Origin: Candidatus Poribacteria bacterium
Lineage (GTDB): Bacteria > Poribacteria > WGA-4E > WGA-3G
Length of the DNA stretch: 64,000 nt
NCBI GenBank assembly: GCA_965198235.1
Contig: OZ240248.1
Coordinates: forward strand, 384,001-448,000
Reading direction: 5' to 3'
Made by a program: the position numbers and the translations under genes. Of this stretch, positions 9,894 to 19,019 are shown one piece after another. Within the stretch, counting starts at the first letter, position 1; each line of letters opens with the position of its first letter. Below the pieces are notes generated by a model. The model had not been told where the DNA came from and ran no database searches. It saw nothing but the letters and a program-made list of their open reading frames with translations.

Positions 9894-10211
9894 TTTTTTA
9901 ATTATGGGACTCCTGGACTGCCCTCCACTACGTTACAGGCAGGTTCTTGGTGAGTCTTGGTGTTTCTTCAGAATCTGTTCAGTCTGACACAACGCGCCGC
10001 AACTTCACCGAAAACCTGCGCGTAATGAAATTATGCCTCAAACGGCATAATTTGTCTCTGCTTTACATTTGGAATGCAGTCAAAGCGGTTCATCATTAAA
10101 AAATGAACTGCGAGAGGCAGAACCGTACAAATTCCCAGAAACGTCGAGACTTCACCAGAAGCCCGCTCGTAATGAAATGGAGAGCGGTCAAAGCGACCCA
10201 TAATTAAAAAA
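9894..10211. mobile_element. MITE-like element with 15-bp terminal inverted repeats
   Basis: TTTTTTAATTATGGG (9894) ... CCCATAATTAAAAAA (10211); internal CTCCACTACGTTAC / CGTAATGAAATGGAG subterminal repeats; no ORF. Confidence 0.65.
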
Positions 10212-10245
10212 ACGGTTTGTAAGTTTCCAACCTACAAAGAGACTC

Positions 10246-11382
10246 CTATTCGATATTAACTTGGCGGACGACCTGACCGTTGCTTTCCCAATAGGTGTGT
10301 TTTCCAGTGATGTAGTCGGAATCGCCTGCGGGTTGGGTGTTTCCCATCGTATCAATGGCTCTGGAGACGACGGTGTGTTCGCCTTTCGACGGGCTGTTCC
10401 AGTCGAGATGCCAAATTTTCCAAGCGAATTCCGCGTCCTCTTCCGGATCTATCGTCGCCTTTTGCCATGCACCACCATCAATACTCACTTCAACCGTTTG
10501 GATGGGGGCACCCCACGCCGCACCGTAGATGCGGTATTTATCACCGAGGCGCGTCACCTTCGCCGCCAACGATTTCAACTTTGTTCTACCAACCGAGGTC
10601 TCCATCCAGACCGATTCACCGTCGGGACGTTTCTCCTCGCGCATCGTGACATAGTCGCGTCCCATGAATCTCCCCATAAACCGGGTGTCGCGCACCTCGA
10701 TGCGTTTGAGCCATTTGACGCACGCGATGCCATACCAGCCGGGAGCAATCAGACGTAGCGGTGCTCCGTTCGCGTGTGGTAACGGTTCACCGTTCATCTC
10801 GTAGCAGAGGAGGTTTGTGTCCTGTAGCGCGTCTTCGACGGACATACTGCGTGCAAAGTTCTGACGCATTTTTACATCCCGCCGTTCCTCTTCTCCGGCA
10901 TCGTGTCCAAAGAAGATAACCTCAATTCCATTTTCTCGGATGCCTGCTTCCTTGAGGATTGGTGCGAGCGGTGTACCTGCCCATTTTGCGTTGCCTATTC
11001 CGCCTGTGAACGTTGGAAATCCGTGGTTGCCGGAGCATTCCAGCGTAAAGGTTACCTCCTGTCGGGGGCGCGCTTTGATGTCCTCAATTGTGAGTATCAG
11101 CGGGTTTTTAACCAAACCGCTTACTTCCAGTTTCCACGTCGCGAGGTCTACTTCAGGTTTGTCGTAGTGTGAAACGTTGAAGAATTTATCGTTCGGTGTG
11201 ATAAAGGCGTCAAGCTCATTCCAATCCAGTAAACCGCGCTTTGAAGGCGGCTCCGGTGGCTGATCGGTGAATGGAATAAGCACTTCACCTTCACGGCTTG
11301 GGAAGGCGTAGACTGCCCACGGGCTGAGCAACAACCCGGTAAGCGTTAAACCGCTCTGTCGCAAAAAATCTCTACGTTCCAT
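10246..11382 (-). CDS. sulfite oxidase family molybdopterin enzyme, Tat-exported
   Basis: RRDFL Tat motif, LECSGN Mo-ligand Cys, MNGEPLP..NGAPLRLI.PGWYG..VKWL. Confidence 0.9.
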   Translation of the reverse strand: MERRDFLRQSGLTLTGLLLSPWAVYAFPSREGEVLIPFTDQPPEPPSKRGLLDWNELDAFITPNDKFFNVSHYDKPEVDLATWKLEVSGLVKNPLILTIEDIKARPRQEVTFTLECSGNHGFPTFTGGIGNAKWAGTPLAPILKEAGIRENGIEVIFFGHDAGEEERRDVKMRQNFARSMSVEDALQDTNLLCYEMNGEPLPHANGAPLRLIAPGWYGIACVKWLKRIEVRDTRFMGRFMGRDYVTMREEKRPDGESVWMETSVGRTKLKSLAAKVTRLGDKYRIYGAAWGAPIQTVEVSIDGGAWQKATIDPEEDAEFAWKIWHLDWNSPSKGEHTVVSRAIDTMGNTQPAGDSDYITGKHTYWESNGQVVRQVNIE

Positions 11383-11531
11383 AGTGTCTCCTTGCTTTTC
11401 TATGGGATGGTTTACAGTAAAATCTACGTATAATACGGTATAATATTAGTAGCGAGGTTAGGAAACCTCACCAGCGATAGCATAACCTTATTCTCCTCGG
11501 TAAACGCGGTTTTTCAACCTCGCTTCTGTTA

Positions 11532-12245
11532 TCACTTCATTGCCGCAAGGTAATTAACGTTGACTTGTTCCCAATTGATGACTTTGCCCCACGCGTCAAT
11601 GTAATCGGCGCGTCGGTTCTGATATTTCAGATAATAGGCGTGTTCCCAGACATCGAGGCCGAGGATGGGAGTGTGTCCCTTCATAAGTGGACTATCCTGA
11701 TTTGATGTAGCGTATATCTGCAACTTCTTCTTTTCATCAACAACGAGCCATGTCCATCCTGACCCGAAATGCGTTTTCGCTATTTTGTCGAACATCTCGC
11801 TGCCAGCATCAAATGATCCGAACGTGGATTGGATGGCTTCAACAACTTTACCTGTTGGCTCGCTGCCGCCTGGAGTCATAATGCTCCAGAAAAGCGTATG
11901 GTTCGCATGCCCACCGCCGCTGTTGATAACGGCTTGACGGAGATGTTTCGGCACCTTTTCAATATTTTGGAGCATGTCCTCAAGGGACATGTGCATCAGG
12001 TCGTGACTGCGTGCGATCGCCGCGTTGAGTTTATTGACGTAGCCTTGGTGGTGTTTTCCGTGATGGATTTCCATTGTGCGTTTGTCAATATGAGGTTCGA
12101 GGGCATCGTACGCGTAGGGCAGTGGCGGTAATTTCTGACCTGTCTGGTGGTCATGCTGGGCAGCATATACGCGCAGAGGACTGCTCGCGAGAAGGATCCC
12201 TGCCAAGGTAGTGCTTCCCTGAATTAAAAAATTTCTGCGGTTCAT
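11532..12245 (-). CDS. sodA: superoxide dismutase [Mn], with Tat signal peptide
   Basis: [39 protein letters not shown]; MNRRNFL leader. Confidence 0.93.
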   Translation of the reverse strand: MNRRNFLIQGSTTLAGILLASSPLRVYAAQHDHQTGQKLPPLPYAYDALEPHIDKRTMEIHHGKHHQGYVNKLNAAIARSHDLMHMSLEDMLQNIEKVPKHLRQAVINSGGGHANHTLFWSIMTPGGSEPTGKVVEAIQSTFGSFDAGSEMFDKIAKTHFGSGWTWLVVDEKKKLQIYATSNQDSPLMKGHTPILGLDVWEHAYYLKYQNRRADYIDAWGKVINWEQVNVNYLAAMK

Positions 12246-12408
12246 GATTTCTCCTTGTCCTGCTGTTTTGGACAGCATTTTAGCAGAAATTGTGGGTTTG
12301 TGTCAAGTGTCAAAATTCAGTTGATTTTGGCAGAGAAATGTGGTATGTTGACTGTAGCATACACAGATAACGAAAAATCTATGTATGAAATACATCGGGA
12401 AACAATTA

Positions 12409-13326
12409 ATGGACAACACAGACACTTTTCACATCCTCGCGTTAGATGGCGGCGGCACTCGCGGCATATACACCGCCCAGCTCCTTGCCAAAATTGAACA
12501 GGCTTTTGGAATAAGCATCAAAGCCTGTTTTGATCTCATCGCTGGAACGAGTACCGGGGCAATCATCGCTGGTGCCGCTGTCTCCGACATTCCTATGCAA
12601 GATATTGTCGAACTTTTTGAGACTGAAACACCCTATATCTTCCGAAGAAGGTGGTATCGGATCCCGTTGTTCCTCAGTAAATATCCCGACCAAAAACTCG
12701 CGCAAATTATTGCCAAGTATCTCCCCGCAACGCCGCTCGGCGAAATAGCAAGTCCCTTGATGATAACAAGTTCGGAGATTGCCAAAAGTGAAGTTCACAT
12801 CTTTAGATCGAATTATAGAAGTCGTGATTCGGAGATCACTCCTGCAGGTAAAGATGTGAGTTTGCGAGATGCGATCCTCGCCTCCTGTGCCGCACCTACG
12901 TTTTTCGCGCCAAAATCCGTTGACAACTTCCTGTTAGCAGATGGCGGATTATGGGCAAACAATCCGTCCACGGTCGCCTTCACAGAGGCACTCTCGGTGT
13001 TCGGAAAAGAGACACAAGAGGTGCGGATGCTGTCCGTTGGCACAGGGCATTCGGTGGATATGTATCGCAACAGGCGCGGATGGGGATTTATCACGGGGTG
13101 GGGTGGTGCGAAACTGACATCCTATGTGATGACACTGCAATCTCAGGCATCTGCAAGGACAGCGAAACTGCTGTTAAAGGAGAATTACCTGCGAATCAAC
13201 CCAGAAATTGATTTCTGGGAGTTGGATACCCTTACGCAGTTGGACAACTTGAAATCTCTCGCTGATCGTGATTTTGAGAGGTATGCTGCGGAGATTGAGG
13301 CGTTTGTTCCCATTCAGTTTGGATAA
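12409..13326 (+). CDS. patatin-like phospholipase
   Basis: LDGGGTRG, GTSTG nucleophile, DGG catalytic Asp, ANNP. Confidence 0.9.
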   Translation: MDNTDTFHILALDGGGTRGIYTAQLLAKIEQAFGISIKACFDLIAGTSTGAIIAGAAVSDIPMQDIVELFETETPYIFRRRWYRIPLFLSKYPDQKLAQIIAKYLPATPLGEIASPLMITSSEIAKSEVHIFRSNYRSRDSEITPAGKDVSLRDAILASCAAPTFFAPKSVDNFLLADGGLWANNPSTVAFTEALSVFGKETQEVRMLSVGTGHSVDMYRNRRGWGFITGWGGAKLTSYVMTLQSQASARTAKLLLKENYLRINPEIDFWELDTLTQLDNLKSLADRDFERYAAEIEAFVPIQFG

Positions 13327-13433
13327 AGTGTGGTGATTACCTGAAGGCGTGGCTTTCGCGTGCCTTCCTACTTTTCAGCAGAATCCTGTAATCCGCGATT
13401 TAGACTTCCGAATATACTTTTTTGTAAAAAAAA

Positions 13434-13462
13434 TTGACATTAAATGTTGAAAAATGTATAAT
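13434..13462 (+). promoter_or_regulatory. sigma70 promoter, perfect consensus
   Basis: TTGACA-17 bp-TATAAT. Confidence 0.65.
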
Positions 13463-13542
13463 ATGGGCAAATCTGGTGAATTTTTCCGTAACACGTGATA
13501 ATTTTCTTTTTGGGATAAAGCCTTATTATGGAGGTCCCAACA

Positions 13543-13920
13543 GTGAGTATCCGAGACCGTGTTCACCCCGCATCGCAAGATTCTGTAAGCTTGAATTCGT
13601 TGGCAATTTTGCGTCTGGATAACAGCGAATTGACGAGCATCGGCACCTATTATCGACTGGTAATCAACAATGGCGTTGGTCGTCAGTCTATGCTGGGATG
13701 TCAAAAGCCAGGTTGTTACAAGGGAAGGGGACGCGCGGGACCTGGGAATAACAGCAACGGTTTCGGGAGGCGTGCTGTAGGAGGTGTGCATTTTCACCAA
13801 CTACGAGCAGATGCGGTGCCCTTTCTGCGGAAGATGGTAATCCTCGAACGGTTGAGGTCGGCGTTAAAATCCAAAAAAAAGCGACTCGGTGTCGAATCAG
13901 GAATTGTTGATCGGCATTGA
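13543..13920 (+). CDS. possible small basic orphan protein
   Basis: GGAGG then GTG at 13543, downstream of a consensus promoter; no recognisable family. Confidence 0.4.
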   Translation: MSIRDRVHPASQDSVSLNSLAILRLDNSELTSIGTYYRLVINNGVGRQSMLGCQKPGCYKGRGRAGPGNNSNGFGRRAVGGVHFHQLRADAVPFLRKMVILERLRSALKSKKKRLGVESGIVDRH

Positions 13921-14080
13921 ATCGCTTTTTCTAATTTTGTCAAGAAGTGCCGGTAACCCCTTGTTGCGTTACCGAAAAGGATAAGGATTTCAAACTTCAT
14001 CGATTAACAATGCTATACCCAATTTCGTTTCTTGGGATAGGATTTAACTATACCCAGTCAGGGAAGAGGAGGAAATTCTC

Positions 14081-14509
14081 ATGGCAGTCCTCAAACGAGT
14101 TATAGGCGTTGTGCTTATCATCATTGCGGCGATAGTCGCCATCCAGACGGTACTTGAACCGATTTACCATACTTCCACCGAAGGTAGCCCGTACAGTTCC
14201 ACTTGGGACTATATCAACTGGCTCTCTGTTATTTCAATAATACTGGGAGTGATATTCAGTTACATCCGCATGAGCCGTACCGGTGCGGATTCGAGCGTTC
14301 AAGAATTCATAGCGGCTAACACGCTATTCTATGGATTCATGTTCGCGGCTATAATCTTTTTCTGGAACTGGTTCGGCATCAGCGGTGTCGGGTCGGACTT
14401 TACCGCTGTCGGCATGGACACTCGAGCGTTGATATGGATCCTTTTTAATGCCACACTTCCGTTGTTGAACGGCGCGATGGGTGTCCGCCTGCTACGCTCC
14501 AGTGAATAG
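14081..14509 (+). CDS. membrane protein, 4 predicted TM helices
   Basis: AGGAGG RBS, four hydrophobic segments. Confidence 0.82.
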   Translation: MAVLKRVIGVVLIIIAAIVAIQTVLEPIYHTSTEGSPYSSTWDYINWLSVISIILGVIFSYIRMSRTGADSSVQEFIAANTLFYGFMFAAIIFFWNWFGISGVGSDFTAVGMDTRALIWILFNATLPLLNGAMGVRLLRSSE

Positions 14510-14581
14510 GTAGCCGGGATTGATATTCCGGTTCGTAGTGGAGTGATTTATTGAATGAGAGCACTACTGCGACTCTGAACG

Positions 14582-14619
14582 TGAAGTGCGCGCTTCTCAA
14601 GTGCGCACTTCATTTTTTT
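14582..14619 (+). terminator. intrinsic terminator
   Basis: GAAGTGCGC...GCGCACTTC stem followed by a T-run. Confidence 0.6.
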
Positions 14620-14684
14620 ATGGACAACTTTCAGGATTCCTGATACCCTTTATTTCTAAGATAACAACCTCATGGGGGAAATCT

Positions 14685-15440
14685 ATGAAAATAAGATCAA
14701 ATAGAGTTAAACAGAAGTTAGCGGATGGAGACCTTGCGTACGTCATTTCAGGGTTGACGAGTGCTGATGATATAGATACCTTCGGTCCGAATGGATACGA
14801 CGGTGTGTGGTTGGAAGGTGAACACGGACGAGTGGATGCAGCACAACTCGGGGATCTGACGCGTGCATGCGACCTCTGGGGGATGACCTCTATCACACGT
14901 GTCAATCGCAACGATCAAGGACTTATCTACCGCACATTGGATTGTGGTGCAATGGGCATCTGTGTTCCGCACGTCAACACGAAAGCGGAGGCACAAAACG
15001 TTGTGGATGGTGCGAAGTTCGCGCCGATCGGACACCGCGGGATGTTCACCAGTCGCCAGGGCTATGGTGTGGACAACTATTTTGATGTCGCTAACTCACA
15101 GACACTCGTGGTTGTCCTGATTGAAGACATTGTCGCCGTTAACAACCTAGACGATATTCTCACTGTCGATCATATCGACGTATTTTTCGTTGCACCGTCA
15201 GATTTAGCAACTTCTATGGGCCATATCGGGAATCTTACCCACCCAGATGTCCAGAGGACGATTGATGCAGCACTCGCGCGCATCCAAGAGGCGGGACGGG
15301 TTGCTGGGACTTTGGCAACCGATGCGACTGTTGAAAAATACGTAAAGGCAGGGGTGCGGTTTCTGATGACAGGTATTGGCGGATGGATTACATCCGGCGC
15401 AGCAGCATTTAAAGAACGGGCAGAGGATGCGAAATCTTAA
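14685..15440 (+). CDS. HpcH/HpaI aldolase family protein
   Basis: WLEGEHG, LDCGAMGI.VPHV, KFAPIGHRG, VLIED, APSDL. Confidence 0.9.
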   Translation: MKIRSNRVKQKLADGDLAYVISGLTSADDIDTFGPNGYDGVWLEGEHGRVDAAQLGDLTRACDLWGMTSITRVNRNDQGLIYRTLDCGAMGICVPHVNTKAEAQNVVDGAKFAPIGHRGMFTSRQGYGVDNYFDVANSQTLVVVLIEDIVAVNNLDDILTVDHIDVFFVAPSDLATSMGHIGNLTHPDVQRTIDAALARIQEAGRVAGTLATDATVEKYVKAGVRFLMTGIGGWITSGAAAFKERAEDAKS

Positions 15441-15517
15441 CAGATTTAACCTACCAAGTGTTCTATCTTCTTATCGGCGCGGTTTCTAACCGCGCATTTT
15501 CATTGAATCCAAGGCAA

Positions 15518-16852
15518 CTACGCCAAAAAAGTGATCCCTCCTGATGCCTCTCTGTCCTGCCAGACTGAACCCGTCGGATAGATGTGCTTCTCGACAAACT
15601 CCGGATACATCTCCAGTCCCCAACCGGGGACTGTTGGCGTAACATAGGCACCATTGCGTACCTGAATTGGGTGCAGGAAAACGTCCTCTTGTAAGAAGTT
15701 GAGGTATTCAACGACCTGTGTTTCCGAATGCGCGGCGACGCAAATTTGATCCCAAATGGCGTAATGTTGAATCATGTTACACAACCCGATGCCACCACCG
15801 TGCGGGCAGACGGGGATAGCGTATTTTGCGGCCATCAAGATGACTCCGAGCACATCGTTGACCCCTCCGAGCCGCGTCGCGTCAATCTGGCAGTACTGGA
15901 TCGCTTCATTCGTGATTAACTGTTTGAAGATGACAGGCGACGGTACCTGTTCGCCTGTAGCGACTCCAATACCGTGTTTCTCTAAGGCACGTGCGATTTT
16001 CACGAAGCCGAGCACATCGTCGCGCGCTGTCGGTTCCTCAATCCATGTCGGTTTGAACTGTGCTAACTCTTCCATATAGGCGATTGCTTCATCGACACCC
16101 CATATCTGATTTGCATCCAGCATCAGAAGTGCCTCTGTGCCGATTGCCTCCCGAATGAAGGCGAGTCGTTTCTTGTCAAAGTCCAGATCCTGTCCAACCT
16201 TCATTTTGAAGCAGTCAAGCCCGGCTGCTTTCACCTGATTCACTGTCTCAATAATCTGTGCATCTGTCAGACCGAGCCATCCTGCGGTGGAATAAGCCTT
16301 GGGTCCCTGTTGGAGGAGCGTCTGCTCACGGGCTGCGCGACTGCCCCAATGTGTGTTGAGGATCTCCTCTGCTTCATCAGGTGTCAGTGCATCGCGCAGG
16401 TACCGCCAATCAATACATTGCGCAATCTTCTCTGGTGGTAGGTCAACGAGAAGTTTCCAGAGCGGTTTATCGACCAGTTTTGCCCAAGTATCCCACATCG
16501 CGTTGACAATGCTCCCGATCGCCATCCGGTTAACGCCGTCAGCAAGCCAGCGTAACTGGTGATGGTCGACAAGAAGCCTGTGGAATGCACCGGGGTCGTC
16601 AACGAAAGTGGCCATCTCCACCCCAACAACGAGTTGTGCCAGGTCTTTAACGCCGTAGGCAATCCAGTCGTTTCCGGCACCCGCGGTGAACGCCACTGAT
16701 ATACCTTGATGTCCTGTGCTTGTTTCAAGTGTCGTTAGGACTGCAGAATAATTCGGTTTTTTATGAAAGGGATCGGAACCGAGTAGTGTATCCGATGTGG
16801 GGACGCGTAAATCAACAACATCAACTTTTACGATTTTTCCTAAGTTATTCAT
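15518..16852 (-). CDS. L-fuconate dehydratase-like enolase-superfamily protein
   Basis: DLRVPTS..LGSD, AYST.GWLG, FKMKVG, DANQ.W, WIEEP, ATGE, VCPHGGG.GLC. Confidence 0.88.
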   Translation of the reverse strand: MNNLGKIVKVDVVDLRVPTSDTLLGSDPFHKKPNYSAVLTTLETSTGHQGISVAFTAGAGNDWIAYGVKDLAQLVVGVEMATFVDDPGAFHRLLVDHHQLRWLADGVNRMAIGSIVNAMWDTWAKLVDKPLWKLLVDLPPEKIAQCIDWRYLRDALTPDEAEEILNTHWGSRAAREQTLLQQGPKAYSTAGWLGLTDAQIIETVNQVKAAGLDCFKMKVGQDLDFDKKRLAFIREAIGTEALLMLDANQIWGVDEAIAYMEELAQFKPTWIEEPTARDDVLGFVKIARALEKHGIGVATGEQVPSPVIFKQLITNEAIQYCQIDATRLGGVNDVLGVILMAAKYAIPVCPHGGGIGLCNMIQHYAIWDQICVAAHSETQVVEYLNFLQEDVFLHPIQVRNGAYVTPTVPGWGLEMYPEFVEKHIYPTGSVWQDREASGGITFLA

Positions 16853-17237
16853 CAAAATTTTCGGTGTAGAAACTCCGTCTTTATAAAGTGGGGAGGAAAC
16901 ACCTCTCTCCTTTTTCTTGACAGAAAACGCCAAAATCGTTAGAATGCTCTGCGTCGTGCAGAAGGTTGTGAATTATGCGTACTGGACGCTATTGCTGAGT
17001 GGGTTTACGTAAAACGACAACACGATGACGCTAAACAACCCAGACGAGCTTTTTGAGTGTAATGGATGCGAGGCAGTAAAACACCCGATCCGAAAAAACG
17101 CACTCTGAAAAAATAGTGAGTTGCCTTCGGGCAAGCGGGCTGCTTAGTATCCCGTTGTGGAGTAGATGTAAGGCCTCACTTTGAGGCAAACTACGATGAA
17201 GCACAAGCCCCACCCTTTAGGGTGTGGGTGCTATGAC
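16853..17237 (+). mobile_element. non-autonomous IS200/IS605-family element (tnpB remnant plus omega-RNA-like right end)
   Basis: Left: TTCAT|CAAAA, GAAA at the foot of hairpin 16873-16895. Right: CAAG at the foot of hairpin 17208-17228, ending in TGAC. Decayed TnpB Zn-ribbon tail (FECNGC..KH..NA) at ~17020-17110. Confidence 0.8.
16917..16945 (+). promoter_or_regulatory. sigma70 promoter inside the mini-IS
   Basis: TTGACA-17 bp-TAGAAT. Confidence 0.65.
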
Positions 17238-17257
17238 GTTTGCTTGACTCCTTTCCT
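17120..17257 (+). ncRNA. putative TnpB omega/reRNA scaffold plus flanking guide
   Basis: GTGGAGTAGATGTAAG-GCCTCA/TGAGGC-CTACGATGAAGCAC nested stems before the right-end hairpin, typical of IS605/IS1341 3' ends; guide would be 17238-17257. Confidence 0.6.
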
Positions 17258-17489
17258 GACTGAGTATATAATAACCCAAGTTGCCATCTAACAAACTGTA
17301 AATGTTTGCGTACTATTTTTTTTGACCACACGCGGAAGTTTAAGGGATACAGATGTCGCCCCGCTGGGGCTTTAACGCGTTATAGCTCGAGTTTAAAAGG
17401 TGTACCTTCAAGATTTATGAAAAGGCATCCAAAAAAGCAATGAATATAGCATCTTTTATTCCAAGGTAGCAACTTGGATTATATAATAG

Positions 17490-18050
17490 ATGAATATGAA
17501 AATCTATACTAAATTCGGCGATTCTGGAGAGACTGCGCTTTACGGCGGAACAAGGTTAGGGAAAGATGAACCACGCATTGAGGCGATCGGCACTGTTGAC
17601 GAACTGAACGCTTATATCGGTTATGCGCAGACGCAGGTTGACGATGCTGATCTTTCCGAGCTCATGGCGCGGGTTCAGAATCACCTCTTTGATGTCGGTG
17701 CGGATTTGGCAACGCCAGCGACACATACGAAAGCTGCCGAATTCCGCATACCGGCAGATTTCACCATAGAGATGGAGACCGCAATAGATACACTATCTGC
17801 GGAGCTTCCACCACTGACAAACTTTATTCTGCCCGGTGGCTGCACCGCTGGCGCTATTTTGCATATCGCGCGCGTGGTGTGCCGTCGAAGTGAACGGTGT
17901 GTCGTGCGTCTCGCACGCGAAGCGGAGGTCAATCCTGAGATAATCCGAAGTTTGAACAGGCTTTCGGACCTCCTGTTTGTTCTCGCTCGCACGGTAAACT
18001 TCCGTGCGCAGGCTCCAGAACCGATTTGGGAGTCGCAAGCAAACTCTTAA
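17490..18050 (+). CDS. pduO: ATP:cob(I)alamin adenosyltransferase (PduO type)
   Basis: KIYTKFGDSGET, GTVDELN, FILPGG, R.V.RRSER, LNRLSD.LF.LAR. Confidence 0.92.
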   Translation: MNMKIYTKFGDSGETALYGGTRLGKDEPRIEAIGTVDELNAYIGYAQTQVDDADLSELMARVQNHLFDVGADLATPATHTKAAEFRIPADFTIEMETAIDTLSAELPPLTNFILPGGCTAGAILHIARVVCRRSERCVVRLAREAEVNPEIIRSLNRLSDLLFVLARTVNFRAQAPEPIWESQANS

Positions 18051-18056
18051 AAAGTA

Positions 18057-18150
18057 TAGGACTTACACAATTTTTCTATGAGCACCTCCGTATGACACGC
18101 CGCTGGCGAGGTTTGAAACCTCGCCAGCAATGGATGTTGCGTAAGTCCTA
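18057..18150. mobile_element. TA-flanked MITE carrying a REP-like palindrome
   Basis: TAGGACTTACACAA...TTGCGTAAGTCCTA inverted ends; internal GCTGGCGAGGTTTGAAACCTCGCCAGC; inverted relative at 33217-33342. Confidence 0.7.
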
Positions 18151-18188
18151 ATTTTATTTATTTTTATTTTAACGGAGGAGATGAAATA

Positions 18189-18956
18189 ATGAATTTGAGA
18201 TTGACAAATTTATTCTTAATAATTCTCATCGCGTTTGTTGCACTGGCAGGTTGTGATAAAGCGCAAAGGGTGGTAATGGATGGCATGCCATTGGCAGATG
18301 CCACTATGGATGAGACTATGACTGACATGGAAGCGGTTCCAGTGAGTTTAGTCTGGCTAGTCGACTACCCAGAGGGTGAGAAGGAGGTTTATCTCGAGTG
18401 GATTGCGTCCATTGCGGCAACGCTACAAGCCCCGGAAGAGGTCAATCGGATACGATCTTACGACAATCGTGAGGACGTGAGTCCACACCGGTTTGTTGAG
18501 TTTGAATTTGACAGTTTTCTTGATGCGGCGGCATATATGAATCGTCCGGAGATAGCCGGCGTTTTTGCAAACCTTCCCAACCATGCAACTCAAGTAAGCG
18601 CACACACGTTTATTGAGCGCTCTGACTACGCGAAAACCGAGGTAGACGATTGGCCAATTAAGGGTGTTATTTTTATTGACTATCCCCTCGGGGGAAAAGC
18701 AGCATATCTGGAATGGGTTGCTTCTATTTCTTCTGCATTGGTCGGGCCCCCTCAGGTGAAAGCGGTATCCTCTTACGACAACTACTATGGTGAATCCCCA
18801 CATCGGCTTGTTGTGTTAGAGTTTGCGAGTCAAGAGGATGTCGATGCCTTTGAGCAGTTAGAAGATATAATGGCTATCGAAGCTGAACTTGATGTCCGGG
18901 CAGAGAACTGGGAGCTGCATACACTCGAGTTGCACTCGGATTACATCAACGAATAA
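18189..18956 (+). CDS. lipoprotein with two tandem alpha+beta (EthD/DUF1330-like) domains
   Basis: Lipobox LAGC; internal duplication DYP.G.K..YLEW.ASI...SYDN...SPHR....EF.S. Confidence 0.8.
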   Translation: MNLRLTNLFLIILIAFVALAGCDKAQRVVMDGMPLADATMDETMTDMEAVPVSLVWLVDYPEGEKEVYLEWIASIAATLQAPEEVNRIRSYDNREDVSPHRFVEFEFDSFLDAAAYMNRPEIAGVFANLPNHATQVSAHTFIERSDYAKTEVDDWPIKGVIFIDYPLGGKAAYLEWVASISSALVGPPQVKAVSSYDNYYGESPHRLVVLEFASQEDVDAFEQLEDIMAIEAELDVRAENWELHTLELHSDYINE

Positions 18957-18982
18957 CACCTTGCGGTTCATTTTTTTCTTGC

Positions 18983-19015
18983 AGGCGCGCTTAGAAAGCG
19001 CGCCTCTCTTTTTTT
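18983..19015 (+). terminator. terminator between convergent genes
   Basis: AGGCGCGCT-TAGAA-AGCGCGCCT followed by a T-run. Confidence 0.6.
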
Positions 19016-19019
19016 CATC

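Noticed and set aside
12409-13326. Complete CBASS system
   Set aside because: No nucleotidyltransferase or ancillary cap genes adjacent.
16853-17237. IStron (self-splicing intron-IS hybrid) rescuing the interrupted gene
   Set aside because: The element is antisense to the gene, too short, and shows no group I intron core.
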